Counted from the first letter of the stretch, positions 10,167 to 20,627 are shown. The stretch is DNA of 64,000 nucleotides from a virus (IMGVR_UViG_3300011560_000001:173534-237533), one strand, 5' to 3'. Numbers and translations are program-made. Notes: generated from the letters alone by a model not told the origin.

Positions 10167-10746
10167 AGCGTTTAAGTTCGTTGCTGGAGAACAGACCGAT
10201 GACGATATCCGTCAATTCATGGCGTATATCGCACCGTTGAGTCATGATGGGGTTCCGGGACATAATTTGTTCCTGCCGTTGCGAGGTGTTTCGACAACAG
10301 CCGCCTATGTCCGTCTGTTAACCGAGATGTTGCGGATTAGTGAGCATCCTGGTGGCACCAACCGTGTCAGCTTGAAAGGGCTTGCTGAGCAATTATCTTA
10401 CATGCCTGTTATCCGTGAGAAACCATCATGGGCGGAAGAACGTCGTGCGTTAACCGTAATACGTAATCTGGATTCTGATGCTTGGCGTGAGAACCTTGTC
10501 ACGTATTTGCTGATCATCAAACGTCGTCAGAAACCAGCGAAGAGTCTGCTCATTATTGATGATAACGACCCGAACGTCGATTTGGTTGAGATCACAAGGG
10601 CAATAAGTGCGTTGACCGGTGAATCAATCAATCCTAAACTTGAACCGTTGGCCGCAATCCGTCAGATGGTCAGCATGCTGTCTGATAATACTGCGTTTGT
10701 CAATATTTGTAGTAATTACGATAAAGAAAAGGAGGGTATACGATGA
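10150..10746 (+). CDS. hypothetical protein
   Basis: AAGGAG SD with GTG start. Confidence 0.7.
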   Translation: MSVLREAFKFVAGEQTDDDIRQFMAYIAPLSHDGVPGHNLFLPLRGVSTTAAYVRLLTEMLRISEHPGGTNRVSLKGLAEQLSYMPVIREKPSWAEERRALTVIRNLDSDAWRENLVTYLLIIKRRQKPAKSLLIIDDNDPNVDLVEITRAISALTGESINPKLEPLAAIRQMVSMLSDNTAFVNICSNYDKEKEGIR

Positions 10747-11078
10747 TAGACAGTATCGAACTTAATGAAGAGCAACCATTATCGGCTGTACAACAACTTT
10801 TAGCGCAGTATGAGCTTGTTTGGTCGGAAGAGCGCGCGTCATGTGAAGAATGTCGCTATAACCACGTTGTTGCTGAGACCGTTTTTGGTTCTCTAACTAT
10901 CGAGTGGAAAGGTTGGAAGGATTACACAAGCTACGACTGTGATTTACCTTTCCCAGTCAACGATGAGTTTCCGCACATCAATGCAGATAGTTTAGATGAA
11001 GCGAAAGCGAAAGTAAAAGCTTGGTACGACTACGTGATATTGACCGGACTCGGCCTGACAACAGATAAACCAGAATAA
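10743..11078 (+). CDS. hypothetical protein
   Basis: GGAGG SD; ATGA overlap. Confidence 0.75.
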   Translation: MIDSIELNEEQPLSAVQQLLAQYELVWSEERASCEECRYNHVVAETVFGSLTIEWKGWKDYTSYDCDLPFPVNDEFPHINADSLDEAKAKVKAWYDYVILTGLGLTTDKPE

Positions 11079-11090
11079 CGAAAAGGTGTT

Positions 11091-12419
11091 ATGATGAGCA
11101 AACTACTGTTTAAAATTAACGGAAAAGAATACACAGCAACCCAGGCGATTATCGGTGCGCTGATACGTTTTACCGTGCATCGGCGTAATGGGTGGGCCTT
11201 TGATGTTGACGGCCCCACATTTCTTACATTACTGCAGTTCAATATCGCTACCCAGAAGAAATCGAACGATGAATACGATACCGAATCGTTACGCGGTGTG
11301 TTGGATGGAATCTCTAACGCATCATACACGGAAATTTTGACCTACGTAAGTTCGTATGAAACAAGCGAACGCGGTTCGTACATATACGCACTGGAATACG
11401 TAGAAGAATTAGTACGACGACTGAAAAATAATCCGTATGATACGCGTAAAGAAATAATACAATTAATAGTGTCCGATACTTTCGCTAGTCATGCGATCAT
11501 AGCGGAACATCAACCTTATGTAATTGTACGTGCTTTCTTCGGAATCGATGCGGCGTTGGACGATCGCTCCAGACCGTACCGTTTAGTGATTTATACCGAT
11601 GAACATCAGTTAAAACAATGGTTGGTAGACTGTGGTGTCAATTTGTGTGGAATGACGGCATCCGATTTTTTCAAAGACTTCTTTTCGTTATCGGAACATA
11701 ATAGCGTTTCACTAATACTGAAGTCTATGGATGACGACGTTGATGTCGTCGAAATTAAAGCTGAATCGGATACCAGCAACCATTCGTTCGAGCCGTTAGC
11801 GGTAGAGAAGCCTGCATTTTGTTTAGATGTTGAAAACCTTAGTCTGGAAAAGAATGGAGTATTGCTGGAAATCGGTATCGTGTTCTTCGATCTGGCTAAT
11901 CCGGATTCCATTGCTAACGGCCCACGTATAGATATCTTTCCTGACGTTCACGGTCAAATCGCTGACGGTGGTCGTATCAGTGAATCAACGGTAGAATGGT
12001 GGCAAACCAAAGCACCAAAGGAAGCGCGCGACTATTGTTTTCAACATTGTAAGGTAATGGGTTATAAAGAAGCTATTACTGAAGTAAATACGTTCGTCAA
12101 CAGTATTCGTGACAAAATGACTGAATACTACGGTAAAGATACCTTCTATTATCTTGCTCGTGGTGAAACAGATTGGCCTCAATTGGAGCATTGGTTCCGT
12201 AAGGCGGGATTTAAACCAATCTGCCGTTACAACCAGGTTCAGGATATCCGTTCGATGATTGCCGCGTATCAGGACAAACCGGTATCCATCTTAGGCACCA
12301 AAGAGTATCCAGACATGGGTATTCCGTTGATCCGTCATACCGCTATCGGTGACGCGATCATGGATGCGTATGACGTTGCGAAGGCACGAAGCATGGCGGT
12401 GTCTAAGCTTCTGAAGTAA
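11091..12419 (+). CDS. DEDDh 3'-5' exonuclease (C-terminal domain) with unknown N-terminal domain
   Basis: FCLDVENL..EIGIVFFD, STVEWW, ARG..D, RHTAIGDAIMDA. Confidence 0.8.
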   Translation: MMSKLLFKINGKEYTATQAIIGALIRFTVHRRNGWAFDVDGPTFLTLLQFNIATQKKSNDEYDTESLRGVLDGISNASYTEILTYVSSYETSERGSYIYALEYVEELVRRLKNNPYDTRKEIIQLIVSDTFASHAIIAEHQPYVIVRAFFGIDAALDDRSRPYRLVIYTDEHQLKQWLVDCGVNLCGMTASDFFKDFFSLSEHNSVSLILKSMDDDVDVVEIKAESDTSNHSFEPLAVEKPAFCLDVENLSLEKNGVLLEIGIVFFDLANPDSIANGPRIDIFPDVHGQIADGGRISESTVEWWQTKAPKEARDYCFQHCKVMGYKEAITEVNTFVNSIRDKMTEYYGKDTFYYLARGETDWPQLEHWFRKAGFKPICRYNQVQDIRSMIAAYQDKPVSILGTKEYPDMGIPLIRHTAIGDAIMDAYDVAKARSMAVSKLLK

Positions 12420-12470
12420 TAGCATCCTGCGCAATGAATATGACGATGATCGTTTATTAAAGGAAAGAAG

Positions 12471-12785
12471 ATGTCTGAAAAGCATATTGAGATTCTTGAT
12501 GCAGCCATCGCTTCGAAAGATAGCGATAAGTTCATCAAAGCGGTATTTGCAGAACAACGTATTAACCCAGCAATGCTGAATAAGATTCGCGATGCGATTG
12601 CATTCCGTCTTACCAAGTCAGATGTTTCTGATGAGGATAAGACAACGATGCGTAAATTACGCGACGATCTTAATGCATACATCGCTCGTGGTTGTACGGA
12701 TAAAACCGTTCGTGAGGTTCTCGATTCTAACGTGAAATACGAATCCGACTTCAAGAAGAACGGTTCAACACCGAAAACAGAATAA
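12471..12785 (+). CDS. hypothetical protein
   Basis: AAGGA SD; followed by a hairpin element. Confidence 0.75.
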   Translation: MSEKHIEILDAAIASKDSDKFIKAVFAEQRINPAMLNKIRDAIAFRLTKSDVSDEDKTTMRKLRDDLNAYIARGCTDKTVREVLDSNVKYESDFKKNGSTPKTE

Positions 12786-12833
12786 CAGCATATCCCCTCC
12801 TCCAACCCAACAGGGAAGGAGGAGGGTTATGTT
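12786..12833 (+). terminator. hairpin element with AA/AA internal loop
   Basis: GCATAT-CCCCTCCTCC-AA-CCC-AACA-GGG-AA-GGAGGAGGG-TTATGT. Confidence 0.7.
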
Positions 12834-12848
12834 CGTATTGAGGTTAAC

Positions 12849-13148
12849 ATGCTCGATCGTGAACGATTGAAGAAAACGACAAAGCTCCTCGATGCGTTCA
12901 GAACTGCGGGTGAATTCGAGAGCTTCACTAAGAACCGAGCTATTGTTCGGTTCCTTCTTTATTTGTGTTGCGTTGATTCGTCGGAGCGGGTTAGCCATAG
13001 TTGCCCTCTGCTCGACGAAAATCGTATTCCGTTATACAAAGCCGAAGAGTTATGTGAGTTCTTGATGAAATTCGGTGTTTTCTGCAACAGATATCGTGGT
13101 GATAGATCCGATGGGTATCTCGTCGAATTTAATGTCTTGTTTCAGTAA
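12849..13148 (+). CDS. hypothetical protein
   Basis: GAGG SD. Confidence 0.7.
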   Translation: MLDRERLKKTTKLLDAFRTAGEFESFTKNRAIVRFLLYLCCVDSSERVSHSCPLLDENRIPLYKAEELCEFLMKFGVFCNRYRGDRSDGYLVEFNVLFQ

Positions 13149-13222
13149 AACATTACCAAAATAGACTATCTAATGCGGTGAAATTCCTCAATACTACTAC
13201 TAGGACTACTAAGGAATAAAAC

Positions 13223-13756
13223 ATGAGTGTTATCGTAAAAGTAATGGGCAACTGCGATACTAGCGATCGTAACAACGCGAAACCGTTTACGTTGCATGTG
13301 GTACCTGACCGTTTGACCACAATTGAATTCAACCGTGATTCGACGGGTAGACCGACACTGGAGTTCGTCGCTCATGGTGATAAGGATCAACGATTTATCG
13401 ATTACCCAGGCGGTAACGTTTACGTGATGGACAACGGTAATACCATCGCAACGTACGCCTATTCCTGTGGTTTTGGGAAGGATGATGTTGACCGTATGTA
13501 TGCAGACGCCCGTACTACGACGTATGGGAAAGTGCTGGATGCGAGCGGTGAACTTGACGATAACCTTATTCGTGCGTTGTTGGAAATCCGTTTAATTGAT
13601 CGTGATATAAAACAAACGCGTCACATCGAGTTTGTAAAATCAGACAATCCTAACTTTGTTAGTCATGTAAATCGTCTTTTACAAGAGTTGTTTACTGGTA
13701 ATTTAACCGCATATTACGCCGGTGCGGCCGGTAAAATCATCGCGATCGTTAAGTAG
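13223..13756 (+). CDS. hypothetical protein, paralogue of 13848
   Basis: Shared NNAKP..P.GN.Y...TIA.Y.YS N-terminal domain. Confidence 0.8.
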   Translation: MSVIVKVMGNCDTSDRNNAKPFTLHVVPDRLTTIEFNRDSTGRPTLEFVAHGDKDQRFIDYPGGNVYVMDNGNTIATYAYSCGFGKDDVDRMYADARTTTYGKVLDASGELDDNLIRALLEIRLIDRDIKQTRHIEFVKSDNPNFVSHVNRLLQELFTGNLTAYYAGAAGKIIAIVK

Positions 13757-13847
13757 TAATCCCTACGAGGGGGTGGGATAATACCCCCCCCCCTCAATTT
13801 GTTGTACTATCTATCATTTCTATTATCTATTATCAAGAGGTTCTATT

Positions 13848-14396
13848 ATGTCTATGTTCTTGAAAATGATGAGTGGTTACGATCTCCCTGATGAGAACAA
13901 TGCAAAGCCTTGTACGGTTCTACCGCTTTCGGATAAATGTAAAATTGATTTCGGTCGCGATGAGTACGGCGCACCTGTTGTGACCGTCACCTATGAAGAC
14001 GGAACAGTCGAGAGTTATCATCCCGAAGGGAATACTTACCTTACTGAAGATCGTCGTACGATCGCAGCTTATTCTTATTCTGAGTATGTGTCACCTGGTC
14101 GTCGTATGACGGTAGAGTCTGCGATGAAAGACCTTAAGTACTACGATGATTACATGCTGTTCGCAACCAATAACCGGATCGTACATTTCCTATCCGTGTT
14201 AGCTGGCGTTCCTCGCGGATGTAGCATAACCCGTAAATGTCGTCTGTCTGTTGACGATCGTATCGGGGTATCAGTCATCGATAAACTTAGCGAGTTTATC
14301 GTGGATATGGGCTATTGCTTCGTTGGTTATACCACGACAAATCCGATGGACGATGAAGCTATTCATGTTCTCGAATTCGCTGTTCTTGTGAAATAA
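13848..14396 (+). CDS. hypothetical protein, paralogue of 13223
   Basis: Same N-terminal domain; GAGG SD. Confidence 0.8.
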   Translation: MSMFLKMMSGYDLPDENNAKPCTVLPLSDKCKIDFGRDEYGAPVVTVTYEDGTVESYHPEGNTYLTEDRRTIAAYSYSEYVSPGRRMTVESAMKDLKYYDDYMLFATNNRIVHFLSVLAGVPRGCSITRKCRLSVDDRIGVSVIDKLSEFIVDMGYCFVGYTTTNPMDDEAIHVLEFAVLVK

Positions 14397-14407
14397 GCTG
14401 ATTAATG

Positions 14408-14438
14408 AAGCCTCCCGTAATGGGAGGCTTTTATGCCG
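14408..14438 (+). terminator. hairpin-TTATGCCG element
   Basis: AAGCCTCCC-GTAAT-GGGAGGCTT followed by TTATGCCG. Confidence 0.75.
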
Positions 14439-14503
14439 TCTTACCCTATCTATCAAAACTAACGGATTTTAAGAATTCTCTGAAGCCGGGAGAGGAGATT
14501 AAA

Positions 14504-15388
14504 ATGTTAACATCAGATCATACACGCTATCGTGTTAAATACCTGAAACGTTTTAAAGGTGCACAACCTAAAATCGTGGTTCAAAGAACAATTACTTGCC
14601 TGGAATACACAGGTCATCCCCTTACGGAAATATATTTCAAAACGCTGGATGTTATCGATCTAACCCGGGTGTTCAGGGGACATAAACTCACAGTAAATAA
14701 CATCACGTTGCAAGAAGCAACCGAGGAATTCCGTAAACTATTCAATTATTTTCTGTGTTCATACGGGATTAAATTCAACGAAGTAGAAATACGACTACAT
14801 AACCACCCAAGAAAATCACCGTATCTTGCGGTTAGACCAAAGAAAGGACGGATGGCTTTAATTGGTTGTGTCCGTATTCCTATCGTTCAATCTGAACCGG
14901 TTCGTCCGATTATCACGGTAAATAAGATCGGAGCGCTTGCCGGACATGTAATCAACAACGTCTTGGTGATTACCGACGATAAAAGTTTGCATTGTGTGTC
15001 TGATGTAACGAGCGAGCAATTACGAAACGGTATCGCCCTTCTTTTCTATCGCGGTGATGGAAACGTTGTCGAATTCTGTCATCAGCAGGATTGCTGCGAA
15101 GAGGTGTATCTTGAAGACATTGACGGCGATATTAATGATATCATCGGTGAAAAGATACTCAGTGCTGAAGAAAGAACCGAGGAAAGAACCGATGACTACG
15201 GCTATTATAGCGAACGTACACAATGGACATTCTACCATATCCGTACTGCAAAGGGTTGTGTTGTTATCCGTTGGTATGGTAGTTCTAACGGCTATTACTC
15301 AGAGAGTGTTGATATCGACGTCGTACCACTTAAAGATAGCCTTCTGAGAAAACCAAAACGGCTCGAGGAACGCTACGGTCGTTATTGA
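14504..15388 (+). CDS. hypothetical protein with a C-terminal domain widespread in phages
   Basis: HQQDCCEEVYLEDIDGD..WTFY..WYGSSNGYYSE; AGGAG SD at 14504. Confidence 0.75.
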   Translation: MLTSDHTRYRVKYLKRFKGAQPKIVVQRTITCLEYTGHPLTEIYFKTLDVIDLTRVFRGHKLTVNNITLQEATEEFRKLFNYFLCSYGIKFNEVEIRLHNHPRKSPYLAVRPKKGRMALIGCVRIPIVQSEPVRPIITVNKIGALAGHVINNVLVITDDKSLHCVSDVTSEQLRNGIALLFYRGDGNVVEFCHQQDCCEEVYLEDIDGDINDIIGEKILSAEERTEERTDDYGYYSERTQWTFYHIRTAKGCVVIRWYGSSNGYYSESVDIDVVPLKDSLLRKPKRLEERYGRY

Positions 15389-15452
15389 GGATAACCTACG
15401 TTGTAAGTAATTAGGGCGTCTCGACAAAAACTCTATTTACTTTTACTACGAG

Positions 15453-15665
15453 GTGAAAACGATGTTAACGAAGGAATCTAAGAAGAACATTGAAGCGTGG
15501 ATTTTTGATGACGCGTCATTGAATCTATCATTGGATCCGAAGGTTCGTGGTTTACAAGCTGATTACGCGTATAACGTGTTACATGGCTGCTGCTACACGT
15601 TAAGCGATCCTAAATATCGTTATAAATTTCAGGAACTACTTGAAACACTTAGAGGATTAAAATGA
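15453..15665 (+). CDS. hypothetical protein
   Basis: Overlaps the thyA start (ATGA). Confidence 0.6.
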   Translation: MKTMLTKESKKNIEAWIFDDASLNLSLDPKVRGLQADYAYNVLHGCCYTLSDPKYRYKFQELLETLRGLK

Positions 15666-16681
15666 AACAGTATTTGGACCTTTTGCAAGACATCATGGAT
15701 AACGGTCGCGATAAAGCTGATCGTACAGGCACCGGGACCCGTTCCGTATTCGGACGTCAGATGCGTTTTGACTTGAAGAAAGGATTTCCGCTGGTAACCA
15801 CCAAGAAGATTCACCTTAAGAGCGTTATCCACGAACTGCTCTGGTTTCTTAACGGCGACACAAACGTTGCTTATCTTCAAGATAACGGTGTTCGTATCTG
15901 GAATGAATGGGCTGATAAGGAAGGGAATCTAGGACCGATTTACGGCAAACAATGGCGGGAATGGATCGACTACAAAGTGGTTGTTCCGCACGATACAGAA
16001 CGTACTCGTGAGTTGATGCAACGCGGCTATGAGTATTGCGGTGTTGTTGACGCCGGTATGGTCAAACATCTCTTGTATGTTAAACACCACGACCAAATCG
16101 CAAACGTGATGCGTCAACTCAAAGAAGATCCTGATTCTCGACGAAACATCGTTAGCGCGTGGAACGTAGGTGATTTAGACGATATGCATCTCGCTCCGTG
16201 CCATTCATTCTATCAGTTCTATACCCACGAGCTCACCATCGATGAACGTGTTGATTATGTTCAACGCAACGACGTGCTAAGAACCCAGTGGGTTACGGAT
16301 GATGTACGACACAGTGAAACAGAACTCTGGTTGAATGCGCATAACGTACCAACACGTGCCTTATCTTGCCAGCTTTATCAGCGTTCGTGCGACACGCTCT
16401 TGGGTTGGAGCTTTAACGTCGCATCATACTCGTTGTTAACGCATATGCTTGCCCAACAGCTGAATATGGACGTTGGTGAGTTCGTGTGGACAGGTGGGGA
16501 TTGCCACATCTATCACAACCATTTCGAACAGGTTAAAGAACAACTTAGTCGTGAGCCATATCCATTACCGAAGCTAACAATCGTACGTAAACCGGAAAGT
16601 ATTACGGATTACCGTTACGAAGACTTTGTATTCGTCGGATATCAATCACATCCGGCTATCAAGGCTAAGGTGGCGGTGTAA
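15662..16681 (+). CDS. thyA: thymidylate synthase
   Basis: [54 protein letters not shown]; two in-frame insertions. Confidence 0.97.
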   Translation: MKQYLDLLQDIMDNGRDKADRTGTGTRSVFGRQMRFDLKKGFPLVTTKKIHLKSVIHELLWFLNGDTNVAYLQDNGVRIWNEWADKEGNLGPIYGKQWREWIDYKVVVPHDTERTRELMQRGYEYCGVVDAGMVKHLLYVKHHDQIANVMRQLKEDPDSRRNIVSAWNVGDLDDMHLAPCHSFYQFYTHELTIDERVDYVQRNDVLRTQWVTDDVRHSETELWLNAHNVPTRALSCQLYQRSCDTLLGWSFNVASYSLLTHMLAQQLNMDVGEFVWTGGDCHIYHNHFEQVKEQLSREPYPLPKLTIVRKPESITDYRYEDFVFVGYQSHPAIKAKVAV

Positions 16682-16695
16682 ATTAACAACTGAGG

Positions 16696-17022
16696 GTGGG
16701 TACGCCCACCCTAATACGGAGAACTATCGTGGATGAAGTAAGTTCTGAACTGCTAGAAGCAATGGATGAACGAGTAACCACTATCGGTTTTTATCTCACT
16801 GGTGTTACTGAAGCATTACCCACACCGAAAAATAGTTACGAGATGGAGGCTGATAGCATACTTACACAAACCCTTCCTATACAGCTTAAAGCGGAAATTA
16901 ACGAACGTCTACGCGTCGATATGCTTACGAAAGAACAGCGTGAATCCTTGCTGGAAGCATTAGATACCATCGACAAGAGAATGACGCTTCTTAAATTAGG
17001 TTTTAAGAAGCAACTGCATTAA
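16696..17022 (+). CDS. hypothetical protein (probable GTG start near 16729)
   Basis: GGAG SD before an internal GTG. Confidence 0.65.
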   Translation: MGTPTLIRRTIVDEVSSELLEAMDERVTTIGFYLTGVTEALPTPKNSYEMEADSILTQTLPIQLKAEINERLRVDMLTKEQRESLLEALDTIDKRMTLLKLGFKKQLH

Positions 17023-17052
17023 GAATATCGAGATTTATTTTAGGAGTTTAGA

Positions 17053-17199
17053 ATGGCTTGGTCGTACCCCTATCGTATTCTGATAGGTGTTAAAAATAAG
17101 AAAGGTCCCCGTAAAGGTAAATGGAGATACACCTGGATATGCGGACAGATAGAACTAAAACCGAGAATCTTCTCTGCCTGGAGTAAAAGTGATGATTAA
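17053..17199 (+). CDS. small basic protein, KKGPxKGK family (48 aa, absent from ORF track)
   Basis: AGGAG SD; MAWSYPYRILIGVKNKKGPRKGKWRYTWICGQIELKPRIFSAWSKSDD. Confidence 0.7.
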   Translation: MAWSYPYRILIGVKNKKGPRKGKWRYTWICGQIELKPRIFSAWSKSDD

Positions 17200-17395
17200 T
17201 TCTCTACAGCGCCATATACTAAATCATGTTATCAACGACATGATTGGTGTTCGTTTAGTCAAAGGAAAACACAAGAAAGGTTGCAATAAAGGAAAACGGT
17301 TCGTGGCGCATGTGGTACCAACCACTGAACGAAGGATCGCAAGTGCTGCGGTGGATTCTATCGCGAAAGCGATGCCATGGCTTATGTTGGACTGA
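17189..17395 (+). CDS. small basic protein, KKGPxKGK family
   Basis: GGAG SD; KKGCNKGKRF. Confidence 0.7.
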   Translation: MMINSLQRHILNHVINDMIGVRLVKGKHKKGCNKGKRFVAHVVPTTERRIASAAVDSIAKAMPWLMLD

Positions 17396-17420
17396 CTTTT
17401 AGAGGAAAGAGGAGTTACGC

Positions 17421-17618
17421 ATGCAATGTCTCGAAGAAACAGAAGCGGGTACTCTGGATTATATCGATCCGATGTATTTATACCGATCTATCGTCACTCG
17501 ATATTTGGGTCGTGTTTATAACAAACGTATTAAACGAGGCCCAGGTAAAGGCAGACAGAAGAAAGTAGGTATTTATAAATGCCATAAAGCACCTAATCCG
17601 ATGTATCGTTGGAGGTAG
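17421..17618 (+). CDS. small basic protein, KKGPxKGK family
   Basis: AGGAG SD; KRGPGKGR. Confidence 0.7.
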   Translation: MQCLEETEAGTLDYIDPMYLYRSIVTRYLGRVYNKRIKRGPGKGRQKKVGIYKCHKAPNPMYRWR

Positions 17619-17956
17619 CGTTGAAAAGGATCTACCCGATGCTAAGCATCGCCTATTTTCGTCGATGTTGGTATATTCATCAGTACCGCAAAAACAGGAA
17701 TCAGATTATCGAAATAAAGTTTCACATTAACTATTTACTCAAACTAGAGAAGGTGAAAGAGCAGCCGCTGGTTGTCGTTCGGTTGAGGTCTTTATTAGAG
17801 CGTTTACGTATAGCATCACAGGTGAATGAGCAGCTTCATCAGGCAAATAAAGCGCGGGTTGTACGGGATGTACGGAAATGTTATCGTTCCGGATTTAACC
17901 GTCGATTGAAAAGCATACGTAACAGTTTAAAGCATATAACGGAGAATATGGCATGA
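17609..17956 (+). CDS. hypothetical basic protein
   Basis: GGAGG SD near start; overlaps next gene. Confidence 0.65.
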   Translation: MEVALKRIYPMLSIAYFRRCWYIHQYRKNRNQIIEIKFHINYLLKLEKVKEQPLVVVRLRSLLERLRIASQVNEQLHQANKARVVRDVRKCYRSGFNRRLKSIRNSLKHITENMA

Positions 17957-18597
17957 AAGATATCGCGGAAACAAAAGAAGAGAAATACACCCAACTGAAG
18001 AAGAAACTGGAGAAACAAGGTTTTCTAACGAAACGTTTAATCCGTGTTATGCGTTATAAATACAAATGCTATTTCGGTACGGAGCTATCGAACGGTGATG
18101 CGTTTGTTAACGAGTGTCGTCGGACGATTTCTCGCATTAATGACTTACAAGCGCGTAATGATTGGTGGTACAAAGAATCGGAAAACTTCACTGATACCGA
18201 CCGCAGTACCGTATCCCACTTAGAAAGCCAGTTGAAAGAGTTAATGGAAGACAGAGCCAACTTACAACGTCGAATCCATCAACGATTTGATGAATGGGAG
18301 AAGGGGGCTTTCATTAACGGTGATGAGATACGTATCGATAACATCATTAGACGTCTTATCGCTAAAGATGACGAGGAAGATTTACCGTTACCGGACGATC
18401 ACGATACCGCGAAACAGGTTCTCGAGCAAGCGGTACGTTGTATGGGTGCTTTGCTCTCCCTGGGTCATATCGAACGCAAAAAGATCGTTCAATGTAAATT
18501 CGAAAAGCTTCTTGTTCAGTTCCACCGCAAGTTCTTTTATAGCACCGAAAAAGAAGTTGCTGTACAACTAATAGAAGGTATCAATGAAGTTAAATAG
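17953..18597 (+). CDS. hypothetical protein (helical)
   Basis: GGAG SD; ATGA overlap. Confidence 0.75.
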   Translation: MKDIAETKEEKYTQLKKKLEKQGFLTKRLIRVMRYKYKCYFGTELSNGDAFVNECRRTISRINDLQARNDWWYKESENFTDTDRSTVSHLESQLKELMEDRANLQRRIHQRFDEWEKGAFINGDEIRIDNIIRRLIAKDDEEDLPLPDDHDTAKQVLEQAVRCMGALLSLGHIERKKIVQCKFEKLLVQFHRKFFYSTEKEVAVQLIEGINEVK

Positions 18598-18952
18598 AAC
18601 TGTTCGGAGTATACAGTCATTTTGGTATCGATATTGGTTTAATCGTAATTTACGTGACTTCGTTCGGCTTATCCGTTATGTGAAGCTCATGATAAATTGT
18701 CGTGAGTTAAATAGAGAGTTGGGGATAGGCAGCGCGAGGAAATACACGTACGATACAGACCCGTTTATCGAGTGCTGCAATTCGTATATAAGAGATATCG
18801 TGGTTCTGATGAAATCGAGCCATGAGTTGTTTATGGATTGCGATTCTTGCTACAAGTCCTTTCTCGGACGCTGTGTTCGTGCGAATCAAATAAGAAATGC
18901 GATCTCTATGTTGCATTGGCGATTTTACTATTTTCCAGACCCCGATAAATAA
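18584..18952 (+). CDS. hypothetical protein
   Basis: Overlapping gene in run. Confidence 0.65.
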   Translation: MKLNRTVRSIQSFWYRYWFNRNLRDFVRLIRYVKLMINCRELNRELGIGSARKYTYDTDPFIECCNSYIRDIVVLMKSSHELFMDCDSCYKSFLGRCVRANQIRNAISMLHWRFYYFPDPDK

Positions 18953-18957
18953 ATAAC

Positions 18958-19290
18958 GTGTATATGAATCAGACAGCTATAATTGATATTTATAACTATC
19001 GTAAATACACATCCATGCTCGATGCTGCGACTTCGCTGTTAGAGCACAAGTTACGCGAATGCAACGTACAGACCGCTACAGAAGAAGTTCTGGAAATCGC
19101 GCAGTTGTTACTTGATCGTTTAAAAGAACTTCGAATTTACGTGGCGAGCATGTATGGGAATGGTCCCGATGCTGTAAGTATTGCTTATAACAAACCAAGA
19201 TTGATGGTGGAGAAGATTATCGAGCAAACCGGTAACATCGACAATGAAATCAACGCATTTATAAGCGGCGTCAATACGTTAAAACTTTAA
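18958..19290 (+). CDS. hypothetical protein
   Basis: Tightly packed ORF. Confidence 0.65.
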   Translation: MYMNQTAIIDIYNYRKYTSMLDAATSLLEHKLRECNVQTATEEVLEIAQLLLDRLKELRIYVASMYGNGPDAVSIAYNKPRLMVEKIIEQTGNIDNEINAFISGVNTLKL

Positions 19291-19295
19291 GAGAG

Positions 19296-19604
19296 ATGAT
19301 GAAAATGAACGAAAACAATTGTGAACTGGTTCCAGATGAAAGGTTGGTTGAGATTCGTAACTACTTCTTGGCTGATGAAGAGAACAAACCATTCTTCGTC
19401 TTTTCGGATAATAAACATCAAGCAACCTGTGAACTCGCTGCAGCCGAGGGTATGCGTGATGCGTTAGTATATCGACTGGAAGCGAAACGATCTGTTGTAT
19501 CAGACACGACAGAGATCGATAATGCGATCATGACAGTTGATCGTCGGTACGACGAGTTACTTACCGAATACGAGAACGGATCGCAAACGGTAATTCTTCA
19601 CTAA
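19296..19604 (+). CDS. hypothetical protein
   Basis: Tightly packed ORF. Confidence 0.7.
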   Translation: MMKMNENNCELVPDERLVEIRNYFLADEENKPFFVFSDNKHQATCELAAAEGMRDALVYRLEAKRSVVSDTTEIDNAIMTVDRRYDELLTEYENGSQTVILH

Positions 19605-19622
19605 TCCGCCCCATCCATTTGC

Positions 19623-19916
19623 ATGGAGACGCAGATGTTCAACAGTTCGATGGTGTATTACGGTAGTATCGTTCAGGTATTGGTACCTTTCATCGATGAA
19701 CGTACCTGTTTAGCGACAGACGCACGGTATATTCAACGTTGGGTAAAACTTGGGCGATTAACACGAAAACATTTACAGCATGCGATGACTTCAACCCATG
19801 CTGCGATTCATCTTATTGACCCTAACTTTCGCGACGGTAAAAGGCACATTCACCTTTATCGTGAAAGTTATGTCCGCTGGTTAGAAAATGCATTAAAGGA
19901 TAAAGAACATGAGTAA
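19623..19916 (+). CDS. hypothetical protein
   Basis: GGAG SD before an internal Met. Confidence 0.65.
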   Translation: METQMFNSSMVYYGSIVQVLVPFIDERTCLATDARYIQRWVKLGRLTRKHLQHAMTSTHAAIHLIDPNFRDGKRHIHLYRESYVRWLENALKDKEHE

Positions 19917-20394
19917 CACAGTTAAGCTTAATGAAAACAATTTTTCAAAACTGGACGATTTTATCGAAGAATATATCGAGAAAAAGCAATGGGCTATTAT
20001 CAGTGTCGCTCCTGATGAGGGAAGCGACGAGCCTGGCTTTATGTATACTGTTGGTCTAACCGAACATGGAATGCCAGAAATTTTCGTATCCGGTTACTGC
20101 CCTGCCCTCGGTTCAGCAATCAACAAGCTGGGTAACTTCATGGTGAAGGCAAAGACCATCCCGTTAGGCGCGTTCGATGGCAATCTGACTTTGAAAGGTA
20201 CGGGCGAAACGTTACGTCTTGACGTACGCGAAATTGAAGATATTGAATCCTTCAATGAGGTGTATGCGATATCGGCTTTCGCTCGATACGGTAAAAAAGT
20301 TGCAGGTATCCAGCTTGTTTGGCCTGACACCAGCAATACGTTACCCCATGAAGGTGGTTACGAATCATGCTGCTGTCCGCAGATCCTGCTTTAA
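19909..20394 (+). CDS. DUF4262-like protein
   Basis: PGFMYTVGLTEHGMPEIFVSG...IQLVWPD...LP pattern. Confidence 0.75.
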   Translation: MSNTVKLNENNFSKLDDFIEEYIEKKQWAIISVAPDEGSDEPGFMYTVGLTEHGMPEIFVSGYCPALGSAINKLGNFMVKAKTIPLGAFDGNLTLKGTGETLRLDVREIEDIESFNEVYAISAFARYGKKVAGIQLVWPDTSNTLPHEGGYESCCCPQILL

Positions 20395-20432
20395 TCTTAA
20401 TACCAATAATTAAATTGTTTATAGGAGTTTTT

Positions 20433-20621
20433 GTGAAATCGACCATCAACCGCACCGATTTTCATCCCGATCGTATTGCGGAGACCTTTGCTCGTATGGA
20501 TAATAACACGTTCGCCATGTTGTTCAACAGCGGATTTGATTCTCCCAACGAGACCCATCGTTCTACCGGCGTGACGATCGATGCGGAATGTGTCCATGTT
20601 AAGGAAACAAACGCGGAATAA
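20433..20621 (+). CDS. small hypothetical protein
   Basis: AGGAG SD with GTG start. Confidence 0.6.
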   Translation: MKSTINRTDFHPDRIAETFARMDNNTFAMLFNSGFDSPNETHRSTGVTIDAECVHVKETNAE

Positions 20622-20627
20622 GACGCA

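Noticed and set aside
14405-14503. Track start positions at 14405, 23797, 29923, 33856, 4441 and 52817
   Set aside because: The extensions run through intergenic hairpins or neighbouring genes; downstream starts fit better
15662-16681. Intron or intein in thyA
   Set aside because: Continuous ORF; the insertions are short, in frame and lack splicing motifs
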